Shown here piece by piece: positions 8,795 to 15,933 of a stretch of 32,000 bases of DNA (position 1 is the first letter of the stretch; every line of letters begins with the position of its first letter). The notes beneath the pieces are model-generated. The model was not told the DNA's origin, searched no databases, and saw only the letters and a program-made list of their open reading frames with translations. The DNA is from Henriciella sp. (GTDB lineage Bacteria; Pseudomonadota; Alphaproteobacteria; Caulobacterales; Hyphomonadaceae). A program made the translations under genes and the position numbers. The DNA lies in contig JASJAO010000016.1 of NCBI GenBank assembly GCA_030066975.1, positions 1-32,000 on the forward strand. The letters are read 5' to 3'.

Positions 8795-9838
8795 ATGTCA
8801 GATCAGGTAAAACTCAAAGCCGCTATTCTCGGCGCCTCAGGCTATACGGGCGCTGAAACGGTTCGATTGCTGCGGGCGCATCCGCATGTCGAAGCTGTGG
8901 CTGCCACCGGACATTCACTCGCAGGAAAGCAGCTCTCGCAGATTTTTCCGCATCTTGCCGGCCCCACCGACCTGCTGGTTGTCAAAGCCGGTGATGTTGA
9001 CTGGAGCCAGATTGATGTCGCGTTCAGCTGCCTACCGCACGGGACCAGTCAGGATCTGATTGAGACCCTTCCAGATCATGTCAAAGTGGTTGATTTATCT
9101 GCAGATTATCGTCTGCGCGACGCTGATCTCTATGCCGAGACTTACGGCCGTGACCATCTCAACCCGGCGCGCACCGCTGCTGTAAAGTATGGCCTGCCGG
9201 AATGGCGCGGGACGTCGCTGACCGGCGAAACGCTGGTCGCGTGTCCGGGCTGTTATCCCACCGCGACGCTTCTGGCGCTCTTGCCTCTGATGCAGGGCGC
9301 GATTGATCCTGAGCATATCATTATTGATGCGAAATCCGGTGTGTCAGGCGCGGGCAGGGGCCTCAAGGAAGGCAATCTGTTTAGTGAAGCGGCCGAAGGC
9401 ACCCACCCTTACGGCATCGGCACCCATCGCCACGCCCCGGAGATTGAGCAGGAGCTGAACCTGCAGGCCGGGCGCAGTGATATCGGCGTTACCTTCACGC
9501 CGCATCTTTTGCCCATGGTGCGGGGGGAACTGATCACCGCCCATGTCCGCGGTGATGTCGGTCAGATCCAGACGGCGCTCGAGACCCAGTATGCCGACGC
9601 GCCCTTCGTGACTGTGCTCCCGCTCGGCTCGTCGCCACCGGATACCAAACATGTGCGCGGCACCAATAATTGCCGGATCGCTGTTTATCCTGACCGGGTC
9701 AAAGGCCGGGTCGTGGTCATCGCGGTGATCGACAATCTGGTCAAAGGCTCCAGCGGCCAAGCGATCCAGAACCTCAACCTGATGATGGGCTGGGACGAGA
9801 CGCTCGGGTTGGACCACCTTCAGGCTGTATTTCCATAA
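8795..9838 (+). CDS. argC: N-acetyl-gamma-glutamyl-phosphate reductase
   Basis: AILGASGYTGAE Rossmann motif and the active-site CPGCYPTA. The ATG at 8795 is preferred over the TTG at 8789. Confidence 0.92.
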   Translation: MSDQVKLKAAILGASGYTGAETVRLLRAHPHVEAVAATGHSLAGKQLSQIFPHLAGPTDLLVVKAGDVDWSQIDVAFSCLPHGTSQDLIETLPDHVKVVDLSADYRLRDADLYAETYGRDHLNPARTAAVKYGLPEWRGTSLTGETLVACPGCYPTATLLALLPLMQGAIDPEHIIIDAKSGVSGAGRGLKEGNLFSEAAEGTHPYGIGTHRHAPEIEQELNLQAGRSDIGVTFTPHLLPMVRGELITAHVRGDVGQIQTALETQYADAPFVTVLPLGSSPPDTKHVRGTNNCRIAVYPDRVKGRVVVIAVIDNLVKGSSGQAIQNLNLMMGWDETLGLDHLQAVFP

Positions 9839-9854
9839 AAGGTGACCCGTTCCG

Positions 9855-10295
9855 ATGCGCATCGACATTCGCCCTCTGACCGCTGCTGACCGAGACATCT
9901 GGGCTGAGCTCTGGACCGGGTACCTCACCTTCTATGAAAGCACGGTCGCGCCTGCCGTCTACGACACCACGTTTCAGCGTCTGCTGGAAGATGGCTCTTA
10001 TGAGCCGTCCTGCCTGCTCGCGTGGGAAGGCGAGGAAGCCGTTGGCCTCGTACACTATCTCTTCCACCGCCACTGCTGGCGTCAGGAGAATGTCTGCTAT
10101 CTGCAAGACCTGTTCGCAAGCGAGACCGCGCGTGGCAAAGGCGTGGGTCGAGCCTTGATCGAAGCGGTCTATGTCGTCGCGGACCGCGAAAACTGCCCCA
10201 CCGTCTACTGGACCACAGCCGAGGACAATCACATCGCCCGGCAGCTCTATGACCGCATCGCCCAGAAGACCCCCTTCATCAAATACCAGCGCTAA
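9855..10295 (+). CDS. GNAT family N-acetyltransferase
   Basis: 146 aa with the acetyl-CoA motif ARGKGVGRALIEAV. Confidence 0.8.
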   Translation: MRIDIRPLTAADRDIWAELWTGYLTFYESTVAPAVYDTTFQRLLEDGSYEPSCLLAWEGEEAVGLVHYLFHRHCWRQENVCYLQDLFASETARGKGVGRALIEAVYVVADRENCPTVYWTTAEDNHIARQLYDRIAQKTPFIKYQR

Positions 10296-10298
10296 ACC

Positions 10299-10327
10299 AA
10301 AAAACCCGGCGCAGAGGCCGGGCTTTT
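10299..10327. terminator. Probable bidirectional terminator between GNAT and ctrA
   Basis: A-run, then CCCGGC-GCAGAG-GCCGGG, then CTTTT, lying between convergent genes. Confidence 0.5.
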
Positions 10328-10350
10328 CGGATTGTTCGGGGAATGAAGCC

Positions 10351-11052
10351 CTAAGCGGCGACGGCTTCTTTCTTGGGCTTGGGATCACGCAGAACATAGC
10401 CGCGGCCCCAGACGGTTTCGATGTGATGCTCGCCATTCGTGGCATTGGCCAGCTTCTTGCGCAGCTTACAGATAAACACGTCGATAATCTTCAGTTCCGG
10501 CTCATCCATCCCGCCATACAGGTGGTTGAGGAACATTTCCTTGGTCAGCGTCGTGCCCTTGCGTAGTGAGAGGAGCTCAAACATCTGATATTCTTTGCCG
10601 GTCAGGTGAACGCGCTCATCGTCAACCTCAACCGTCTTCGCATCGAGGTTCACGACAATGTCGCCAGTGCGGATGACGCTTTCCGCGTGGCCTTTGGAGC
10701 GGCGGACAATCGCGGTAATCCGGGCAATCAATTCGTCTTTGTTGAACGGCTTGGTCAAATAGTCGTCGGCGCCGTAACCAAGCGTCTTAACCTTGGCCTC
10801 GATGTCCGGATTGCCTGACAGGATCAGAACCGGTGTGTTCACCCGCGCCATGCGCAGCTGTTTCAACACGTCATAGCCGGAGATATCCGGCAGGGAGAGG
10901 TCGAGAATGATGATGTCATACTCATAGACTTTCCCGAGATCGACGCCTTCTTCGCCAAGGTCGGTCGTGTAGATATTGAAGCCCGCAGCTTTCAACATCA
11001 GTTCAATACTCCGGGCGACGGCGTTGTCGTCCTCAATCAGCAAAACTCTCAT
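10351..11052 (-). CDS. ctrA: Cell-cycle response regulator CtrA (OmpR family)
   Basis: MRVLLIEDD...IILDLSLPD receiver domain and a C-terminal winged helix ending [15 protein letters not shown], closely CtrA-like throughout. GGGGAG lies 6 nt upstream of the ATG at 11052. Confidence 0.93.
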   Translation of the reverse strand: MRVLLIEDDNAVARSIELMLKAAGFNIYTTDLGEEGVDLGKVYEYDIIILDLSLPDISGYDVLKQLRMARVNTPVLILSGNPDIEAKVKTLGYGADDYLTKPFNKDELIARITAIVRRSKGHAESVIRTGDIVVNLDAKTVEVDDERVHLTGKEYQMFELLSLRKGTTLTKEMFLNHLYGGMDEPELKIIDVFICKLRKKLANATNGEHHIETVWGRGYVLRDPKPKKEAVAA

Positions 11053-11064
11053 TATCAACTCCCC

Positions 11065-11150
11065 GAATCAATCTAGGACGACATTAGCCGCATCGTTAAC
11101 CATTGTGAATCTAAGGCTGCATCCTTACCAAGGATTTAATATTCGGATTC
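11065..11150. promoter_or_regulatory. ctrA upstream region with three GANTC sites and a near-consensus CtrA box
   Basis: GAATC at 11065-11069, GAATC at 11107-11111, GATTC at 11146-11150. TTAC-N7-TTAA at 11125-11139, and a TTAAC half-site at 11096-11100. Confidence 0.4.
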
Positions 11151-11175
11151 GAAACGGTTTTTTTGTTCATACCTG

Positions 11176-12012
11176 TTAACAGTGGACTTCCTTACCGGTG
11201 CGCCCAAGCAGCGTGTGGGCAATGGCAATCGCGTCCATAATTGGCTGTGCAGACGGATCTGTAGAAATCAGTGTTTTCTGGCTGCGAATGGCTTCGCGCA
11301 CCGCATCATCACGCATCACAGTGCCGGCAAGATGCGGGCGGAAGCCCAGAAAAGTCTGGCAGGCGCGCGCAATCGCTTCATATGTGCGCTGACCCCCGGC
11401 CCGCGTTTCAGCCTGGTTGATCGCAACCACCTGCTCCACGTTCGGCGCGTAGCCTTTCAGCACTTTGATGAAAGCATAGGCGTCGGTCATCGACGTCGGT
11501 TCGTCGGTCACAATCATCACCACCTTATCGGCAGCGCGTGCGAGACGCATGCAATTGGCCTCGATACCAGCACCAAGGTCCAGAATGACCTGATCATATT
11601 GCAGGGCCAGGGCTGAGAGACCGGCCGCAAGTCTCGCGACTTCATCAGAGGACAGCTCTGCCAGCGCACCGGACCCGGACCGACCCGGCAGCACATCAAA
11701 GCCGCCTTGGCCAGAGCCGCCATCGACCGGCGTGACCGCATCTTCCAGCTCGACCCAGCCCGCAATCACAGCGGCAAGATCAGTTTCCGGCGCGATGCCG
11801 AGCTGAACATCGACATTTGCGAGGCCAAGATCGCCATCAACCAGCAATGTGCGCTTGCCGGCCTGAGCAAAAGCGCTGGCCAGTGTGATCGACATGAAAG
11901 TCTTACCGACACCACCCTTGCCGGATCCAACTGCGATAATCGAAGCTGGATCAACCCGGCGCGGCGGTTGCTGAGCAGGGCGTTCTTGGGATTTTGGAAG
12001 CAGGAAGCTCAT
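11176..12012 (-). CDS. flhG: MinD/ParA-family ATPase, FlhG (FleN/YlxH)-like
   Basis: Deviant Walker A GSGKGGVGKTF, LLVDGDLGLANV, Walker B VILDLGAG. Its start codon shares one nt with the flhF-like stop (TAATG). Confidence 0.8.
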   Translation of the reverse strand: MSFLLPKSQERPAQQPPRRVDPASIIAVGSGKGGVGKTFMSITLASAFAQAGKRTLLVDGDLGLANVDVQLGIAPETDLAAVIAGWVELEDAVTPVDGGSGQGGFDVLPGRSGSGALAELSSDEVARLAAGLSALALQYDQVILDLGAGIEANCMRLARAADKVVMIVTDEPTSMTDAYAFIKVLKGYAPNVEQVVAINQAETRAGGQRTYEAIARACQTFLGFRPHLAGTVMRDDAVREAIRSQKTLISTDPSAQPIMDAIAIAHTLLGRTGKEVHC

Positions 12013-13016
12013 TATGCGGCTCCTCTCAGGGCTACATGCGCGGGCGCGTCCTCGGTCAGGAGCTGCGCCAGGCGCGTTGGCGTGGCCGGGACAAGCCCGC
12101 CGCCAATGAAGGGGGTCACCGCCAGATGAGAGAAACTCACTTTTGCGGCTGAGAGCGCGGAGACGATGCCGCCTCTTCGTTTGGTCACGTCAAGCTTGGT
12201 GATGATCGCGCGTTTTACACCTGCGCGGGCAAACGCCCGGACTGCTTCGGCTTGATCCTCAGGGTGCCCTTCGGCACTGATCACCAGAACTGGCTCGGCT
12301 TTGATCACCGCGACCAGATCCTGCAGGCTCGCCATATCGTCCTGATCAAACGGAATGATTGCTGGCAGATCGATGACGCAGCGCTGATTGCCAGCCCGGA
12401 TCGTCTTTAACAGGGCAAACAGATCGTCCGGCGTCTTGGCGCTGCGGATCTGCCCTTGTTCCTGTTCCAGATAGGCCGCGAGCTGCGCCCCGCCTGCCGT
12501 GGAGTCGAGATCGGCGGCGACGGGCAGCACTTTGGCGTTCGCAACGGCGGCCCGGCGGGTGAGCTTGGCCGCTGTGGCCGTGCGGCCATGTCCGGGCGGG
12601 CCAACCAGAAGAATGTCACGCTCTGGCATGGCCTGGATCGGATCGCAGGTGATCATGCTTTGCAGACCGGCTGCGATCGCCGCGCTTGGCTCAGAACAAT
12701 CGAAACTATCGGAGACCCCGCTATCGGCGGTGCGATCAGCAAAGCGTTGCGGCGCGCCATGCCAGAGCAGGGCGTCGCGAACCCGGTTGCGGATCGGATT
12801 TTCCACCAGTCGCGGTGACGGCGAGGCCCCCAGGCGGGTCAGGATGCGCGATTCCGTCGGCACCATGCCGCCGCCAAGTTTGTCGGTCGCCGCCCGGACT
12901 TCCACACCGCCCGGCACATCACGCTCGGACAGGATGATGGCATCATCACCCATTTCGGCGAAAATCATCGCTTTTGCGGCCTCAAGGGACTCAGCAGCAA
13001 ATAATTTCATTCGCAT
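12012..13016 (-). CDS. flhF: FlhF-like SRP-type GTPase with degenerate G motifs
   Basis: FlhF-type N-terminus MKLFAAESLEAAKAMIFAEMGDDAIILSERDVPGGVEVRAA. The NG domain has GPPGHGRT in place of GxxGxGKT and DLPA in place of DTAG. TKLD is retained. Confidence 0.78.
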   Translation of the reverse strand: MRMKLFAAESLEAAKAMIFAEMGDDAIILSERDVPGGVEVRAATDKLGGGMVPTESRILTRLGASPSPRLVENPIRNRVRDALLWHGAPQRFADRTADSGVSDSFDCSEPSAAIAAGLQSMITCDPIQAMPERDILLVGPPGHGRTATAAKLTRRAAVANAKVLPVAADLDSTAGGAQLAAYLEQEQGQIRSAKTPDDLFALLKTIRAGNQRCVIDLPAIIPFDQDDMASLQDLVAVIKAEPVLVISAEGHPEDQAEAVRAFARAGVKRAIITKLDVTKRRGGIVSALSAAKVSFSHLAVTPFIGGGLVPATPTRLAQLLTEDAPAHVALRGAA

Positions 13017-13036
13017 ACAAGATCACTCCACTGTCT

Positions 13037-13103
13037 GATTCGGAGTTTCGAGGCGAAAGGTTAACAGAATCTGTCGATTTGTTAGTTTTTACATTACTGA
13101 TTC
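13037..13103. promoter_or_regulatory. flhF upstream region with three GANTC sites and a TTAAC half-site
   Basis: GATTC at 13037-13041, GAATC at 13067-13071, GATTC at 13099-13103, TTAAC at 13061-13065, all inside a 116-bp AT-richer intergenic gap. Confidence 0.35.
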
Positions 13104-13132
13104 ACATTCAGACAGGGTAAAGAGAGGGGCAT

Positions 13133-13393
13133 TTAGGCGGCCCTGCGGCCATCCACGATCTCGCTCAAAGTGACGCCCAACTGGCCATCTGCAATCACCA
13201 GACGGCCCCGTGCCATAAGGCGATCAGACACATAAATATCAACCAGATCAGAGGTTTGGCTTTCCAGCGCGAGAATGTCGCCTTCCGACATTTGCATCAG
13301 CTCATCCATCGGGATACGGGCCTCGCCGAGCACGACATCAATCCGCACCGGCACGTCCATTAAGGATTTCTCTAAAAATCTATTAACACTCAT
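13133..13393 (-). CDS. fliN: Flagellar motor switch protein FliN (SpoA domain only, 86 aa)
   Basis: VPVRIDVVLGEARIPMDELMQMSEGDILAL...RLMARGRLVIADGQLGVTLSEI matches the FliN/SpoA C-terminal domain. Confidence 0.85.
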   Translation of the reverse strand: MSVNRFLEKSLMDVPVRIDVVLGEARIPMDELMQMSEGDILALESQTSDLVDIYVSDRLMARGRLVIADGQLGVTLSEIVDGRRAA

Positions 13394-13429
13394 AACCGCT
13401 CAAATCGTATCGAACCTCGCCCCTTAAGG

Positions 13430-13819
13430 TCAATCGGAATGGTTGCCGAGAGGTGAATGAGGGGTGGAATTTGCAAATAATTCGCCTTGTCCGTCGATCA
13501 AAGTCGCCGCCAGACGCCGCACTTTGGAGAGGGCAATCGTCTTTTCCTCTGAACTCAAAGCCGCTGTTTCAAGCAGGGTCGCGAGCTCGACAATCGTGGC
13601 CAGTGCCTGTTTCAGATCTTCGCTGACCTGTTGCAGGCGTTCAGATTCCGCTGACAGCGTCTCATCCTGTAGAATACGAACCGCCCCGTCCCTTGTCTCA
13701 GCAAGCAGCGCGCGCAGCTCGGCCGCGCTCATCGAGACCAGATCCGGCACCTCCGGCTGAGGTGCAGAAAAGTCACTCTCGAACGGGAAAGGCTGTAGCT
13801 TTTTAATCTCGCGCTTCAT
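13430..13819 (-). CDS. Short FliH/FlbE-position flagellar assembly-like protein
   Basis: 129 aa. N-terminal FPFESDF motif followed by a predicted coiled coil. It occupies the slot between fliG and fliN and has a 4-nt start/stop overlap with fliG. The family call is tentative. Confidence 0.45.
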   Translation of the reverse strand: MKREIKKLQPFPFESDFSAPQPEVPDLVSMSAAELRALLAETRDGAVRILQDETLSAESERLQQVSEDLKQALATIVELATLLETAALSSEEKTIALSKVRRLAATLIDGQGELFANSTPHSPLGNHSD

Positions 13820-14739
13820 TCTACAAGTTCCTCATCGTCGGGATGAATCAGGATGTCGCCGCGTTTAACCAGGGTGCGGGCATGTCCGGTCAGCTCGGCT
13901 CTTGCCGCCTCAATGTCGGCGCGCCGGACCGGCCCCAGCATCTCAATCTCACTCTTCATCAGGTCTCTGGCGCGCTGGGTCATATTATTAAGGAAGGCAT
14001 TCGCGGTCTCCTCACGTGCGCCTTTCAAGGCAAGCGCCAGAACCGAGCGGTCAATGCTGGCCAGAATGGTCTGCAGGCTGGCGGGGTCGAGATGGGCAAT
14101 ATCATCAAAGGTGAACATCAGCGCGCGAATGCGCTCGCCAAGACCGGGCTCTGCGCCATCCAAGGCCGCGAGCAAACCCTGCTCAACCCGTGTCTCAAGA
14201 TTATCGAAGATGCGGGCAATCCGTTCTGTTCCGGCGGCTGGCGATGCCGGCGCGGCGGTCAGGGCCTTTTCGACCGTGGTTTCGATCGCCTGCAGGGCAC
14301 GGGGATGGACCGGGCCAAGATGCAAGAGATGGCGCAAGGCCGGCGTCGCAATCTCACTTGGCAGGTCGCGCACCAGCTCCGCAGCCGTCTTTTCCGGCAG
14401 CTTGGACAAGATCACCGCGATCACGGCGGGCCGCTCCTCTGCCAGGAAACGCGCGGTCACCGCTGTATCCTGGCGCGCGAGCCTCTGCCAAACCGATGGG
14501 GCCTGCCCCATTGCATCGCGTGGCGTCTCAGCCACATCGCGCAAATAGGCCTGGGCGGCCTTCACTTCGCTGACGGGATTATCGTCCAGCGTCTCCATCG
14601 CCTGCGTGAGGTGACGCGCTTCGGAAGGCGACAGCGCAGACCAGACCGCATTCGCTTTCGCGCCGAGCGCGCGCATCAGCGCGGCGCTGCGCAACACGCC
14701 ATCTGGCGCGCCGGATGAGACTTTGGCGGGCAGGGTCAT
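13816..14739 (-). CDS. fliG: Flagellar motor switch protein FliG
   Basis: EERPAVIAVILSKLP (EHPQ-type motif) and C-terminal MFTFDDI...ALKGAREE...MTQRARDLM...LGPVRRADIEAA...LVKRGDILI. The E. coli K264, R281 and R297 equivalents are conserved. Confidence 0.88.
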   Translation of the reverse strand: MTLPAKVSSGAPDGVLRSAALMRALGAKANAVWSALSPSEARHLTQAMETLDDNPVSEVKAAQAYLRDVAETPRDAMGQAPSVWQRLARQDTAVTARFLAEERPAVIAVILSKLPEKTAAELVRDLPSEIATPALRHLLHLGPVHPRALQAIETTVEKALTAAPASPAAGTERIARIFDNLETRVEQGLLAALDGAEPGLGERIRALMFTFDDIAHLDPASLQTILASIDRSVLALALKGAREETANAFLNNMTQRARDLMKSEIEMLGPVRRADIEAARAELTGHARTLVKRGDILIHPDDEELVE

Positions 14740-15380
14740 GAGGCTGCTCCTGGTGTCTCAGACATCCAGGTGCGCAGCAGGCGAACCGTCCCATCAGGAT
14801 TGGCCTCGGCCAGCGCTCCGGCGCGCTCAATTGCGGTGTCTTGAGACAGACCCGGCGGCGCGGCGTCCGGCGCCGCACGGGGCGAAGTGGTCTGTGCGGG
14901 CAGGACCTGCACGGCTCCCGCAGAGCTACGCTCGGCGCCGCGCAGCGACAGTCCCCCAAGGATCAGAACAATCAGTCCGAGCCCTGTCAGTTCCAACGCG
15001 CCCTGATAAGGCACTTGCGATCTTGCGCTGGTTGCGAACTCGAATTCTGACACGGTCAGCGTGTCGGTGCCGGGACGAAATCCGGTACTGGCGGCAAGAA
15101 TTGTTTCGATCCGTTCGATCCTGGCGCTGTCCGGCGCGCCATTGATCAGAACCAGCCAGCTCTTCTCTGGCCCGCCATGCACGGCGACTTTGACCTGTCC
15201 GGGCCCGGTCACGGTTTCCAGCAGCGCGGTCACCTCGCGCTCCTGCTGGCTACCGACCGGCGCTGTCGCCGGGGCGGGCTGCAAAACATCAAACAGGCGC
15301 AGAGAAAAGACCCCCGCCGCCACAAGCAGGGCGACGAGGGTCAAGTTACGCGTGATGGGCGTTCTGGCTGTTGCGGACAT
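14736..15380 (-). CDS. Mini FliF-like ring protein (two TM helices, one RBM3-like core, FliG-binding tail)
   Basis: The ATG at 15380 has GAGAGG 8 nt upstream; a GTG at 15389 is an alternative start. TM1 is LTLVALLVAAGVFSL. The periplasmic segment is VTALLETVTGPGQVKVAV...WLVLINGAPDSARIERIETILAASTGFRPGTDTLTVSEFEF. TM2 is LTGLGLIVLILGGLSL. The tail ends VRLLRTWMSE. 4-nt overlap with fliG. Confidence 0.6.
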   Translation of the reverse strand: MSATARTPITRNLTLVALLVAAGVFSLRLFDVLQPAPATAPVGSQQEREVTALLETVTGPGQVKVAVHGGPEKSWLVLINGAPDSARIERIETILAASTGFRPGTDTLTVSEFEFATSARSQVPYQGALELTGLGLIVLILGGLSLRGAERSSAGAVQVLPAQTTSPRAAPDAAPPGLSQDTAIERAGALAEANPDGTVRLLRTWMSETPGAAS

Positions 15381-15445
15381 TTGCGACACCTCTCGCCCAT
15401 AGATTCTGCGGACCCAAGCTCCGCTTTGTTCTAAGGGCGACGTCG

Positions 15446-15461
15446 TAAACGCCGCTTTAAC
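15446..15461. promoter_or_regulatory. Near-consensus CtrA box upstream of the fliF-like gene
   Basis: TAAA-CGCCGCT-TTAAC, one mismatch to TTAA-N7-TTAAC, 66-81 nt upstream of the ATG. A GATTC site lies at 15402-15406. Confidence 0.35.
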
Positions 15462-15481
15462 GATAAAGGGCTGGTGTCAGC

Positions 15482-15748
15482 CTAGCGGTATTGCTGGATG
15501 CGGGTCGTGCGCAGGCCTTTGCGACCGTGCTTGTTGTACAGCGCGCGCCAGCCTTCAAATTCTTCTTCACTGAGATCGTAGCGCTCGCACGCCTCGTCTT
15601 CGGTCAGCAGACCACCATTCACCGCAGCGACAACTTCTGCCTTGCGGCGCGTCACCCAGCGCGTAATGCCGGGCTTGGGGAGATCCGCGAGTGTGAGTGA
15701 GCGCCCGTCGGGGCCTTTAACACTCATCAAGTGTGCATTCTGAGCCAT
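15482..15748 (-). CDS. sciP: SciP-like small CtrA-inhibitory transcription factor (DUF1153-type HTH)
   Basis: 88 aa: LTLADLPKPGITRWVTRRKAEVVAAVNGGLLTEDEACERYDLSEEEFEGW...RTTRIQQYR. This matches my memory of SciP/DUF1153 proteins and sits next to a fliF-type operon, as in Caulobacter. Confidence 0.78.
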   Translation of the reverse strand: MAQNAHLMSVKGPDGRSLTLADLPKPGITRWVTRRKAEVVAAVNGGLLTEDEACERYDLSEEEFEGWRALYNKHGRKGLRTTRIQQYR

Positions 15749-15825
15749 TAGTCCTGTCCACCATCTTCTTGGGGTTCATGATCGACCACGTTCTGCAGCC
15801 ATGCACAGGTTTTACAGGACCCGAA

Positions 15826-15840
15826 TTAAGGGCGGTTTCA
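15826..15840. promoter_or_regulatory. Near-consensus CtrA box upstream of sciP
   Basis: TTAA-GGGCGGT-TTCA, 78-92 nt upstream of the sciP ATG. Confidence 0.3.
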
Positions 15841-15933
15841 GCCGGGCGCGCGAATTTTTATGAAAATTGGATACAGTCCCGGAAACCGCGTTAGGAGACC
15901 GTTGGCAAAGCTGTGCCGGATTGGGGCAGGGAT

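Noticed and set aside
9344-10445. 194-aa and 223-aa minus-strand ORFs across the argC, GNAT and ctrA ends
   Set aside because: They run antisense to well-supported argC and GNAT genes and would span a terminator hairpin.
12012-13016. Alternative call as Ffh or FtsY
   Set aside because: The N-terminal domain is FlhF-type rather than the Ffh N-domain or the FtsY A-domain. There is no M domain. The genomic context (flhG, fliN, fliG) fits FlhF.
13843-14718. 291-aa and 231-aa ORFs antisense to fliG
   Set aside because: The minus strand gives a full-length FliG with conserved motifs. The plus-strand products have no recognisable features and a shadow-frame composition.
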